A stretch of 64,000 nt of DNA from an uncultured bacterium (GCA_963825135.1 CAWGRW010000009.1:1632001-1696000), one strand, 5' to 3'; positions 31,459 through 42,749 are shown, numbered from the stretch's first letter. The notes: generated by a model not told the origin, from the letters alone. Numbers and translations are program-made.

Positions 31459-34000
31459 ATGTCGAGATTATTTATTTATAGCTCTGTAATTGTTATCTTG
31501 GCCGCAACTCTCATTTTATCGGTACTTGGAATTCATTCCGCAACCGTATCTGTCATGGCACAGGAGATAACAGGCGTGCCCGGCTCGCCCGACGCGACCC
31601 GGACGATCGACGGCAAGGAGCTTCCGGCTCCGCCGCTTCCGTTCGGCGGCGTTATCAGGGAGAACGCCTCACGGTCGAAACCCTGGTGGCCGCCCCGAAT
31701 CGTCCCGCCCAAGGGCGCACCGAACATATTGCTCATCATGACTGACGACGTCGGATTCGCCGCCCCGAGCACATTCGGGGGCGTGATACCTACCCCTGCT
31801 CTTGACCGCATTGCCAAGATGGGGCTCCGTTATACGAATTTTCACTCGACCTCCCTCTGTTCGCCTACACGGGCCGCATTGATCACCGGCCGAAACCATC
31901 ACTCTGTAGGCTTCGCAGTGGTCTCGGAGCAATCGACGGGTTTTCCCGGCTACGACAGCATTATCCCGGAAGACTCAGCAACCATTGGTGAAATATTGAA
32001 AGAGAACGGCTACAGCACGTCATGGTTTGGCAAGGACCACAATACACCCACATTCGAGGCGAGCCAGCTTAGGTCCTTTCGATCAGTGGCCTATAGGAAT
32101 GGGTTTTCAGTATTTCTACGGGTTTGTAGGCGGGGACACCAGCCAGTGGGAGCCTAACCTCTTTCGGAACACGACGGCGATATACCCCTACGTCGGCAAC
32201 CCGGGCTGGAACCTGACCACAGCAATGGCTGACGACGCCATACAATGGATTAATCAGGTAAAGGAAATAAATCCCGCTCAGCCGTTTCTGGTCTATTATG
32301 TTCCCGGCGGAACGCACGCGCCACACCATCCGACCGAGGAGTGGATCGATAAGATCCACGGCATGCACCTTTTCGACAAGGGATGGAATGCGCTCCGTGA
32401 TCAGATATTCGTCAACCAGAAGAAGCTGGGCGTAATTCCCGAGGACGCGAAGCTCACGCCCTGGCCCACGGATTTACTAAAGGAGTGGGATGCCCTTACG
32501 CCGGACGAGCAGAAGATGTTCATACGGCAGGCGGAGGTCTATGCCGCGTACCTGGCCTATACCGACCACGAAATCGGCCGCGTTATTCAGGCGGTCGATG
32601 ACATGGGTGAGCTCGACAACACGCTTATCATATATATAAGCGGCGATAACGGAGCGAGCGCCGAGGGAACGCCAATCGGCACGCCGAATGAGGTGGCATC
32701 GTTGAACGGCGTTAGCATTCCGGTCAAAGACCAATTGAAATATTTTTACGACGCATGGGGCAGTGACCAGACCTATCCGCATATGGCGGTAGGGTGGACA
32801 TGGGCTTTCGACACGCCTTTTAAGTGGACCAAGCAGATACCTTCCTTTTTCGGCGGTGTACGTCAGGGGATGGCGATCGCCTGGCCGGGTCATATTAAGG
32901 ACGCGGGCGGGATACGCAACCAGTTCCACCATGTTATAGACATCGTGCCTACGATCCTCGAAGTGACGGGCATCGGGGCTCCCGACACTGTAAACGGGAT
33001 ACCGCAGAAGCCCATAGAAGGGGTGAGCATGGCCTATACCTTTGACAAGGCAAACGCTAACGCGCCGTCGACTCACCAAACGCAGTACTTCGAGATGATG
33101 GGTGTCCATGCTATTTACCACGACGGATGGATTGCAAGCACCGTTCCCGTAAGAGCTCCATGGGACGTAGCCGGTCCGGTCACACAGGACCCGGCTAATG
33201 CTTATAAGTGGGAGCTATATGATCTCACAAAGGACTGGACTCAGGACAACGACGTAGCGGCGCAGAATCCGGAGAAGTTAAAAGAAATGGAGAAGCTCTT
33301 CTGGCAGGAGGCAGAGAAGTACGAGGTCCTTCCTCTCGATGCGACTGTGATCACACGCCTATCGCCCCCAAGCCCAATATCACGGCGGGTAGGACTGTAT
33401 TTACCTACTCTGGCGGGCTGACGGGGGTTCCGTATGGTGATGCGCCGAGCTTACTTGATAAATCTTATGCTATCACCGCTGAAGTGGATATACCTCAGGG
33501 CGGTGCCGAAGGCGTGATACTTACCGAAGGCGGCCGTTTGGCAGGCTTCGGTTTCTATCTCCTCAAGGGGAAGCCCGTCTTCGTGTGGAACCTGTTTAAC
33601 CTGAAACGGGTACGCTGGGAGGGAAATGAAGCCCTCACACCCGGCAAGCATATGCTGGAGTTCGACTTCAAGTACGACGGACTCGGTATGGGAACCATCG
33701 CGTTCAACAATATGAGCGGAGTCGGGCAGGGCGGCGCGGGAGTGCTCAAGGTTGACGGGAAGGTGGTCGATACCCAGAAGATGGAGCACACTGTTCCGTT
33801 TATCCTTCAGTGGGACGAGACCTTCGATGTAGGGGCCGATACCGGAACACCAGTGGACGACAAGGATTATCAGGTGCCCTTCAAATTCACCGGGAATCTT
33901 GATAAACTGACAGTAAAACTGGAGCCGCACAAGCTCACCTCTGACGAGGAAAAAATTCTTATGGAACAGGGACAGACGTAACAACAAGGCGAGTGAGTGA
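31459..34000 (+). CDS. Large secreted arylsulfatase (sulfatase 5), tandem paralog of sulfatase 4, broken by three single-base indels
   Basis: Colinear with sulfatase 4 across ORFs 31333-32157, 32027-33421 and 33484-33981. Shifts at ~32068, ~33360 and ~33976. LCSPTR is intact. Confidence 0.85.
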
Positions 34001-34013
34001 CTTAAACGCAATA

Positions 34014-34050
34014 GGCCGGAGTATGTAAATAGGTCTTATATACTCCGGCT
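34014..34050 (+). other. Intergenic hairpin
   Basis: Inverted repeat GCCGGAGTATGTAA...TTATATACTCCGGC. Confidence 0.7.
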
Positions 34051-34086
34051 TGGGTATACACTTTGTTTTTCTGAAGGGAGGTGGAC

Positions 34087-35125
34087 ATGTCGAGGTTATA
34101 TATATTCCGATCCGCATACGTAATTATTGCAATCGGTCTCCTTGTTATAATTTTCGGTGCTGAGCGGGCATACAGTCAGTGTAACGCGTTATGCATGCAC
34201 GAACGGGGAAGCTCAATGGCCGGGAACAAAGGCTCGCTTCACACAAACGAATCCGGTCCATTGCTCGGGTCGTCTTATGAGGTCGCGCTGAACGATAATT
34301 ATTACACCGATTCGGAGGATTCTGACGATTCCGTCCTCCTGGCGGCGAATGATACCGAAACCGAGACTACCTATATCGAAGCGCCGTCGAACAAATGGCA
34401 ATTCGCCGTTATTCCGTATCTCTGGATGATGGGGATAAACGGGAAGGTAGGGGTAAAGGGCCGGACTGCGGATATGAATGTTTCTTTTTCCGATATTATC
34501 AAGAACCTCGACTTCGCGGCAGAGGTCCATATAGAGGCGTGGAGGGACAGGTTCGGATTTTTTATCGACGCCACTTATTCGAAAATATCACTGACGAAAA
34601 ATGTGACACTGAGACAGGACCGCACTCTCAATATCAAAAACGTGAGCCAGTTCTTTCTCGGCGAATTCGGAGGGATTCTATAGGGCGGGCACGTGGCCTC
34701 TGGGGGGAACGGGAATAATCATAGTCAAGACAAACACTTCGTTAACCCTCGATCTGATTGGAGGTGGACGTTACTGGTGGCTTGAAGATGAGATTGATTT
34801 GAAAGGTCCGCTCGGTCAAAACCCGCAATTCAGCGGAAGCGAGAGCTGGTTCGATTTTATAGTCGGCGGACGCGTCAATCTGGCTATAAACAAATTCTTC
34901 GTTCAGATCAGGACTGATATAGGCGGCTTCGGGCTGGGCTTCTCTTCGGACATCTCCTGGAACATAGCCGGATATATCGGATACGAACTCCCTTGGTACA
35001 AGATAACTCCCATCATAGGTTATAGAGCGCTCTATGATAAATACTCGAACGGGAGCGGGAATAACCGTTTTCTGTGGGACGCGTGGATGTACGGTCCTCA
35101 GATCGGCGTAGGGTTTCAGTTCTGA
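34087..35125 (+). CDS. Outer-membrane beta-barrel protein with a +1 frameshift at ~34673
   Basis: Signal peptide and WQF...PYLW. Removing one G gives EFGGFYRAG...GGRYWWL, joining ORF 34799-35125, which ends GPQIGVGFQF. Confidence 0.75.
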
Positions 35126-35391
35126 GTATCGTGAAAGTACTGGTCTTAGCCTGAGTCCATGAGGGAAATGAAAAGATCCGTCCAATTCTCTCGGCATATT
35201 GTCATCTTTCATTTTTATCTATATCCTCTTATCAATAGATAATTTTAGTGGCACGTCGAAGTTCAAATAGACATTTGCGTTAAATCGATTTAGAGTAGTG
35301 AAGAGAGAGGTTGTTTACATACACTAACACAACTCTGTCTCGAAGAGCCTGGTTACGATTTTCAAAAAATCCGTAGTGGAGGTAAGGCAAG

Positions 35392-37009
35392 ATGTCGGTA
35401 AAAAACAGAACCTTCGTTTCTGCATTATTCGTTTTATTGGCTGCACTGGGATGGGTCGTTATTCCCGCGACGGCTCAGGAGAAGAAGCCCAACATTATAT
35501 TCATCATGGGCGATGATATCGGCTGGTTCAACATCGGCGCATACCATCAGGGCATTATGGCGGGCAGGACGCCCAACCTGGACAAGATCGCTTCGGAGGG
35601 TATTCGCTTCACGGACTACTACGCGGAGGCAAGCTGCACGGCAGGCCGCGCGAACTTCATCACCGGCGAGCTGCCCATACGCACGGGAATGACGACCGTC
35701 GGGCAGGCGGGCTCTCCGATAGGTATCCCGGCGCAGGCGGTCACGATCGCAACGGCGCTCAAATCGATGGGATACGCCACCGGCCAGTTCGGGAAGAACC
35801 ACCTTGGCGACCTGAACGAGTTTCTGCCTACGGTGCACGGTTTCGACGAGTTCTTCGGCTACCTCTATCATCTGGACGCGATGGAAGACCCGTGCCACAG
35901 GAACTATCCGCAGCAGCTCAGGGACAAGGTCGGACCCCGGAACATGGTTCATAGCTGGGCTACCGACACCGACGACGCGACCGTTCAGCCGCGGTGGGGG
36001 AAAATAGGCAAGCAGAAGATTGAAGACGCGGGTGAGCTCTGTCCCGAGCGCATGAAAACGGTGGACAACGAAATACTCGACAACACCATAAAGTTCATGG
36101 ACAAGGCACGCAAAGACGGCAAGCCTTTCTTCATATGGCTCAACCCGACACGTATGCACGTCGTCACGCATCTCTCCGATAAATACGAAGCGATGCGTAC
36201 GCCCGAGAACGGATGGACGATAGAGGAGGCCGGCATGGCTCAGCTCGACGACATCGTGGGCTCGGTTCTGAAGTACGTTGCGGATAACGGCCTCGATGAC
36301 AATACCATCATCGTCTTCAGCACCGATAACGGGACTGAAAACTTCACATGGCCCGACGGGGGCCAGACCCCGTTTGCGGGCGGCAAGGGGACGGCTCTCG
36401 AAGGCGGCTTCCGCGTGCCCGCTTTAATCCGCTGGCCGGGCAAGGTGCCTGCCGGCAAGGTGGAAAATGAGCATTATGTCCGGGCTTGACTGGTTCCCGA
36501 CCCTTGTTGCGGCGGCCGGCGACCCAAATATCGTTGACGAGCTTCTCAAGGGCAAACAGCTTGGAGATCGCAAGTACAAGGTACATCTGGACGGTTACAA
36601 CCAGATGGACCTCATTACCGGCAAAGGCCCGTCGAAGCGAAACGAGATATTCTATTTCACCGAGGGCACGTTGAGCGCCGTGCGACTCAACGACTTCAAG
36701 TACCGCTTCACCGATCAGCCGGACGGGTGGCTCGGCGCAACACAGCAAAGTCGATTGGCCGATACTGACGAATCTCCGTCTCGACCCCTTCGAAAGGACG
36801 GGCATGCCCAGCGGCGCGAACGGGTCGCTGGCTTTCTACAACTGGTTTGCGTACGAGTTCTGGCGTTTCGTGTTCGTACAGCAGGAGGTCGCCGAAGCTC
36901 GCGCAAACGGCTATAGATTTTCCGCCCATGCAGAAAGGGGCGAGCTTCAATCTCGAGGCTATAAAGGACCAGATCTATAAGACCTCGGGAATCCGGCGTA
37001 GGGAAATAA
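35392..37009 (+). CDS. Secreted arylsulfatase (sulfatase 6), paralog of sulfatase 1, broken by 3-4 single-base insertions
   Basis: KKPNIIFIMGDD, SCTAGR and STDNG. Continues through shifts at ~36470, ~36745, ~36894 and probably ~36987 (NLRLDPFE, FPPMQKGASFNL). End coordinate is approximate. Confidence 0.82.
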
Positions 37010-37185
37010 GCTTTCATATAAGGCGGGCGGGTCATTTTGTCCCGCCCGTAACTACGCCTATCCCGGAGTAAAGAGCATGTATATCATTGGGGGTATGCGG
37101 CCTTATCTGGAAAAACAGTCGGATACCGTTTGCCGGCCGTGCCGGTGGGGGTAATGCCGTAAAGACAATAAAGGACAGTAAACGT

Positions 37186-38229
37186 ATGAAAGCGACGTCG
37201 ACACGGATAACGCATATTCTGTTCGTACACCTCGTGATTGGTATTCCTGGCGATGGCTGTGCTCCCGGGCGCCCGGGCCGATGCCCGGACCGATCCCCTC
37301 CAGTCCTGGAACGACGGGCCCGCTAAGGAGAGCATCGTAAGGTTCGTCGCGGAGGTTACGAAGGAGGGGGGGCCGAATTATGTCCCGCCTGAGGACCGGA
37401 TCGCCACGTTCGATCAGGACGGCACCACGTGGGTATCCCATCCCCTTTATGCGCAGGCTGTGTTCGCGCTCGACCGGATACGCGAGCTCGCCCCGAAGCA
37501 CCCGGAATGGAAGAGACGAGGAACCGTTCAAGATCGGTCATCGCGGGAGACCGGGAGGCTATGGCGAAGTTCGGGGAGTCTGACTGGGAGATGATTATTG
37601 CCGCGACACACACCGGTATGAGCACTCAGGATTTCCTCGAGATCGCAAACAAGTGGCTGTCCGCCGCTAAGGACCCACGCTGGCACAGGCCGTACACAGA
37701 GCTTGTCTATCAGCCCATGATCGAGGTCATGGATTATTTGCGGGCAAATGGATTTAAGACTTACATCGTCACCGGAGGGGGGCAGGAGTTCGTGAGGGCG
37801 TACAGCAACGGCGTCTACGGAATACCCCCGGAACAGGTCGTGGGTTCGAGCGTCCTGACGAAATACGAATACAAAGACGGCAAGCCCGTGCTGTTACGCG
37901 AGCCCAAGGTGTTTTTCATCGACAATAACGGAGGAAAGGCGATAGGCATTAACCTCTTCATCGGCAAGCGCCCGTACGCCGCGTTCGGCAACTCGACCGG
38001 CGACCGCGAGATGCTCGAGTGGACACAGGCGGGCGGCGGGGCGCGCTTGATGATGCTCGTCTATCACGACGACGCTCTGCGTGAGTACGCATACGGACCG
38101 GCCGGGGGTCTGCCCGATACGAACGTCGGCACATTCTCTCAGGCGCTCATGGACGAGGCCGGGAAAAACGGGTGGGTCATCATCAGCATGAAACATGACT
38201 GGAAACGCGTCTTTAAATTCGAGGAATAG
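37186..38229 (+). CDS. Secreted HAD-superfamily hydrolase (acid phosphatase-like) with three +1 shifts
   Basis: PLQSWNDG, motif I FDQDGTTW, IVTGGG and AFGNSTGD. Shifts at ~37230, ~37514 and ~37533. Confidence 0.8.
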
Positions 38230-38285
38230 CCGGCCCGAGCTGAATAATCGCGAAATGCTGCATGTGTTAAGCTTTGTATAGAGAA

Positions 38286-40622
38286 ATGAATCTCAGACGC
38301 GTCGTCTATTTTATAATTGCCGCACTCATAGTACTCGCCCTCGGATATTTCTACCGCAAGTCCGGTCCATTAAAATCACACAAGACGGTCAACTCCGTAA
38401 GCCCAATCGACAATACCCAGGGGTTCGTCGGGAGCCGTGTATGCGCGGAGTGCCACAAGGCCGAGTACCAACTCTGGCTCGGCTCTCACCACGACCTCGC
38501 TATGCGGGAGGCAGCGGCGGATACCGTGCTCGGCGACTTCGACGGGGCGGTTTTCTCGTATGAAGATGTTGAGTCCGAGTTCTATAAGAAAGACAAAAAG
38601 TATATCGTACGCACTGACGGCCCGGACGGGAAGCTCCATGACTACGAAATCAAATATACATTCGGCGTCTATCCGCTCCAGCAATACCTTGTCGAGTTTC
38701 CCGGCGGCAGGCTGCAGGCTCTGAGCATAGCATGGGACAGCCGATCAAAAAGCGAAGGCGGTCAGCGCTGGTTTCATCTCTACCCGAATGAAAAAATAAC
38801 GCATGACGATTCCCTCCACTGGACCGGTATCGACCAGAACTGGAACCATATGTGCGCCGAATGCCATTCGACGAATCTTAAGAAGAATTACGATTTAACA
38901 ACCGGTACCTATAAGACGGCGTGGTCCGAGATAAACGTTTCGTGTGAGGCGTGCCATGGCCCGGGATCCGGGCACGTCAAATGGGCGGGGCATAAGAACG
39001 GCGACAAATTTCCGGATATGGGACTCCTCGTGAGTTTCGATGAGAGGAAAGGGGTCGGCTGGACGATAGATAGGGAAACGGGGAACGCGGTGAGGAGCAG
39101 GGCGCCCTCGAACGATCGGGAGATAACCGTCTGCGCCAGATGTCATTCGAGAAGGAGCGCAATATCGGACAATTACTCATACGGAAAGAGTCTGCTCGAT
39201 ACGCACATCCCGGCGCTTCTCGAAGAAGGCGTCTATTATCCCGACGGACAGATCGAAGCAGAAGATTACGAATGGGGCTCGTTCATCCAGAGCAAGATGT
39301 ATCACAAGGGAGTAACGTGCAGCGACTGCCATGACCCGCATAGCCTCCAATTGCGGAAGCCCGGTAACGCCGTGTGCTCTCAATGTCATGAACCGTCGAA
39401 ATATGATTCTGCCTCACATCACCATCATGAAACGGGCTCGGCTGGCTCCGGGTGCGCCGTATGCCACATGTCTGTAACCACTTACATGATAATAGACGAC
39501 CGTCACGACCACAGCATCCGCATTCCGAGGCCCGATCTCACCGTCAAAACAGGCGCGCCCAACGCCTGCAATAAGTGTCACTCGGACCGTACGCCGGAAT
39601 GGGCGGAATCGGTGATAAAGAGTTGGGGCGGCGAAAACAAGAAGGGCTTTCAGAATTATGGGGAAACGCTTTACGAAGCGCGTAACGGCATGCCCGGCGC
39701 GGAAGAGATGCTCGTCGAGCTTGCGAATGATGCCGGTGCTCCGTCCATAGCGAGGGCAACGGCTCTAAACGATCTCGCGGGCTATCTCAGTCCGTTCTCC
39801 GTCGAGACCGTCCGGAAGGGACTCGGCAGCGATGACCCTCTGATCAGGGGGGCGGCTCTCGACGCCCTTGAACCGGCTCCGCCCGACACAAAGACCGGGC
39901 TCGCTTTTGGACTGCTTAACGATCCCGTACTCGCCGTCAGGGTGAAGGCGGTGACAATACTTGCCTCCTCGCCTCGGGAGAACATGACCTCGGAACAAAG
40001 AAAGGCGCTTGACGATGCCGTCAATGAGTACGTGAGGGCGCAGATGACGAACGCAGACCGGCCCGAGGCTCACATCAACATAGGGCTGATTTATACGGAG
40101 CTGGGAAGGCTGCCCGAAGCCGAGGTTCAGTATGAGACGGCTATGAGACTCGAACCTTCATTTATCCCAGCGTTCGTAAACCTTGCCGATCTCTACAGGA
40201 TGGAAGGCAGGGATGCCGATGGGGAGACCCTCCTCAGGAGCGCTCTTGAAATTTCCCCTGAGAGCGGAGACGTGTACCACGCGCTGGGATTGCTTCTAGT
40301 CAGACAAAATAAGATCCCGGAGGCGATGAACGCATTGGAGGAATCGGTAAAGCTAAGCCCCGACAACACCCGATACAGCTTTGTATATGCCGTGGCGCTC
40401 AATGATATAGGCAAAAAATCCGAGTCTATTCGTGTGCTGGAGGAAGCCCATGAGCGGCGTCCCGCGGACCGGGAGGTCTTATTCGCGCTTGTAAATTTCA
40501 ACCGCGAGAACGGAGACATCCGGTCTGCCCGGCGGTATGCGGAGATGCTAAAGGAGGTCTCGCCGCACGACCCGGACGCCGACCATCTTCTCGATGAACT
40601 TGGAAGGGACCTCGGCCGATAA
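38286..40622 (+). CDS. Membrane-anchored octaheme cytochrome c with HEAT-like and TPR repeats
   Basis: N-terminal TM segment; eight CxxCH motifs (CAECH x2, CEACH, CARCH, CSDCH, CSQCH, CAVCH, CNKCH); C-terminal TPRs. Confidence 0.9.
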   Translation: MNLRRVVYFIIAALIVLALGYFYRKSGPLKSHKTVNSVSPIDNTQGFVGSRVCAECHKAEYQLWLGSHHDLAMREAAADTVLGDFDGAVFSYEDVESEFYKKDKKYIVRTDGPDGKLHDYEIKYTFGVYPLQQYLVEFPGGRLQALSIAWDSRSKSEGGQRWFHLYPNEKITHDDSLHWTGIDQNWNHMCAECHSTNLKKNYDLTTGTYKTAWSEINVSCEACHGPGSGHVKWAGHKNGDKFPDMGLLVSFDERKGVGWTIDRETGNAVRSRAPSNDREITVCARCHSRRSAISDNYSYGKSLLDTHIPALLEEGVYYPDGQIEAEDYEWGSFIQSKMYHKGVTCSDCHDPHSLQLRKPGNAVCSQCHEPSKYDSASHHHHETGSAGSGCAVCHMSVTTYMIIDDRHDHSIRIPRPDLTVKTGAPNACNKCHSDRTPEWAESVIKSWGGENKKGFQNYGETLYEARNGMPGAEEMLVELANDAGAPSIARATALNDLAGYLSPFSVETVRKGLGSDDPLIRGAALDALEPAPPDTKTGLAFGLLNDPVLAVRVKAVTILASSPRENMTSEQRKALDDAVNEYVRAQMTNADRPEAHINIGLIYTELGRLPEAEVQYETAMRLEPSFIPAFVNLADLYRMEGRDADGETLLRSALEISPESGDVYHALGLLLVRQNKIPEAMNALEESVKLSPDNTRYSFVYAVALNDIGKKSESIRVLEEAHERRPADREVLFALVNFNRENGDIRSARRYAEMLKEVSPHDPDADHLLDELGRDLGR

Positions 40623-40825
40623 CAGGCATATCCGGCTATAGGCAATCTAGTCTGCTGAGGCTATGGATTGGTCTCAAAGCCGGAAAGAACGGACAGAATT
40701 TATCCCGCAAATTCCTATCCATATGGAGCAGATAGATAATCACATGATACGGATGGGCACTGTTTATTCGTGACTTGTTGTGATAATTGTAATTATGTCA
40801 GGAAGTTATGATGCTAACCTCACGA

Positions 40826-40873
40826 GCGCTGAAATTTTTGTGCAGGTGTCCGGGCTCTTCACTCCGGGAATTT
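40826..40873 (+). repeat. Degenerate att-like copy 4 (probable right end of the island)
   Basis: About 31/49 matches to copy 3 by eye (CTGAAA...GTG..GG.G..CGGG...CTCCGGG.ATT). Preceded by TCAGGAAGTTA at the same offset as in copy 1. Confidence 0.6.
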
Positions 40874-41080
40874 CAGGCTTTGAGGGCACGAGAGTCGGCA
40901 GGTTGTTTATATAAAGAATTACAAATCTCTCTTTTTCAACCTGTTCCCGGTCGGATGTTGCCGATATTATTTAATATGCGCGACGAATAGTCTTGCTATT
41001 CCATGAATTTATAATGTAAAATTAATGTGACGGAGATTATCAAAATAAACTAGAATTAGTATTCTCTCTCGGAGGCAATA

Positions 41081-41494
41081 ATGAGATTTGGTGATTATTT
41101 AAAGAGCAAAAGGAAGCAGAAGAATATTACTCAGGAGGACCTGGCGCGTTCCCTCAATGTTTCGAGCGTATTCATACATCAGCTCGAAACCGGCAAGGTG
41201 GACGCCCCATCGATAGAGCGATGTCAACAGATATCGACAATCCTCGATGTGAATATTCAGGAATTATGGACAGTTGCAAAGAAGGAACGCCTCAAGAGAT
41301 TTATGGAGAAGGAAGATATATCGGAGGACAGCTTTGAGGTTCTGACCGATGCGGAGAAAGCCCTGATTAACCTCTACAGGAGCCTGGATTCCGATATGAG
41401 GAGGGACTTCGGCGGGATGATATTCATGCTTCTGAGGCATTCACAGGACGAAGGGGTGCAGGAGATACTCGAAGAATTTATTAAATGCGCATAA
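41081..41494 (+). CDS. XRE-family helix-turn-helix regulator
   Basis: FGDYLKSKR...ITQEDLA..L.VS..FI.QLETG motif; GGAGG RBS. Confidence 0.88.
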   Translation: MRFGDYLKSKRKQKNITQEDLARSLNVSSVFIHQLETGKVDAPSIERCQQISTILDVNIQELWTVAKKERLKRFMEKEDISEDSFEVLTDAEKALINLYRSLDSDMRRDFGGMIFMLLRHSQDEGVQEILEEFIKCA

Positions 41495-42249
41495 TGAGCA
41501 AATTATCAATCGTACTCAAGGCACTGGGGATAGAGCTTTGTATTCTCGCTTTAATCGGGCTGGTTTTTTTATTCCAGTTCAATAAAGCCAAGGGGGAGTT
41601 TGTAAATAAAACCAGGGCTATTTCACAGACAATAGGCGACCTGGCGAGCGATTTTTACTCCGAAGAAGGCAAGCAACCCACAAGCGGAGAGTTCTACCAT
41701 TTTCTGGATAAAAGACTCGGAAGGAAGAAATTGTTTAATACTTTTGAGATAGCTCCCAAATTTTTCAGTGTCGTGTTCAAGAAAGACATTGAAAACAGCC
41801 TCGCTTCCGACGGCTTGTTCATGAAAGAGTTTTATCCGGAAGACGGCTACACCGTTAAGGATAACAACGGAATAATCTCTGTTTCAGTGCCTTTTACCAC
41901 ACAAACACAAACCGAGCCTTACGGGATAGTTAAAATAGATTCCGACACGAAGGCCATCTTAAAGAAGGTGCTTGCGGACAATTATCTTCTGTATGCGGCG
42001 ATGCTTATAGTGCTTAATAACCAGGCCTTTATCTTTTACCTCCTTACCAGGAAGAAGAAGGAGATTATTTTTGAAAAAGGGTACCTCAAGGAGCATTCCA
42101 TAGGGGCTCTCAAAATAATGCACAAGGTTCTGGGCGACATCATTGACGATCATAAGACCGATTATGAAACCCCTGATCAAGCCAAAAAGCAGGAATCGGG
42201 AAAGAACGTGATTTCGATATCGGAATTGGCGGAAAAAAGAAAACAATGA
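41494..42249 (+). CDS. Hypothetical protein with two TM segments flanking a periplasmic domain
   Basis: TAATG overlap with the XRE gene; two hydrophobic stretches. Confidence 0.7.
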   Translation: MSKLSIVLKALGIELCILALIGLVFLFQFNKAKGEFVNKTRAISQTIGDLASDFYSEEGKQPTSGEFYHFLDKRLGRKKLFNTFEIAPKFFSVVFKKDIENSLASDGLFMKEFYPEDGYTVKDNNGIISVSVPFTTQTQTEPYGIVKIDSDTKAILKKVLADNYLLYAAMLIVLNNQAFIFYLLTRKKKEIIFEKGYLKEHSIGALKIMHKVLGDIIDDHKTDYETPDQAKKQESGKNVISISELAEKRKQ

Positions 42250-42635
42250 AGAAAGTCATGTTTGCCTCTATATTGTTGCTCGTTTTTATAGTTTTGGGCT
42301 GCGATAGTCCAGGCGATAACGGTGTTGTCGAACTTGACGGCCCGATTCTGGAAAGCATGGATGCGGACGGCAACATGGAATTCAACGGCGCTTTGATTAA
42401 CACCGGGGAAGATCCGGTCCGGTCCGTTTATGTGGTAATAGTGCTCAAAGACCAGGACGGAAATGTTATCGAGGCAAACTCGGTTTCGATCTTTGATGAA
42501 GACCCGAACGCCTTGCTTTATCCCTCGGAGCGGGCATTTTTCAGCCTGTCCGTGGCTTCCGATCCGAGCAGGGTATTCTCGAAGGACGTTGAAATTTATT
42601 ACGAGGATGGCACGGACGAACCCCCGTCTCAATAA
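42246..42635 (+). CDS. Hypothetical lipoprotein (FxLYD-like beta domain)
   Basis: Lipobox VLGC and G.L.NTG......V.V...L.D.DGNVI; ATGA overlap with the upstream gene. Confidence 0.7.
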   Translation: MKKVMFASILLLVFIVLGCDSPGDNGVVELDGPILESMDADGNMEFNGALINTGEDPVRSVYVVIVLKDQDGNVIEANSVSIFDEDPNALLYPSERAFFSLSVASDPSRVFSKDVEIYYEDGTDEPPSQ

Positions 42636-42700
42636 AGCTTTATTTTCGGCTTCGACTTATTCAAATCCCACTCTCTATTAGCTGTCTCAACAAAATTGTC

Positions 42701-42729
42701 TTGACATGTAGGCACTTAACTAGTATTGT
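42701..42729 (+). promoter_or_regulatory. Putative sigma70 promoter of the riboswitch-pilMNOPQ transcript
   Basis: TTGACA-17 nt-TATTGT just upstream of the aptamer. Confidence 0.5.
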
Positions 42730-42749
42730 TGAGATTGTTTTATAAGTTT

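Noticed and set aside
32060..37540. Programmed ribosomal frameshifting in the sulfatase genes
   Set aside because: There are several shifts per gene, no consistent slippery motif, and intact paralogs nearby.
12470..40825. An integrase, transposase or phage gene within the island
   Set aside because: No ORF or intergenic stretch showed recognisable recombinase motifs. A very decayed relic cannot be excluded by eye.
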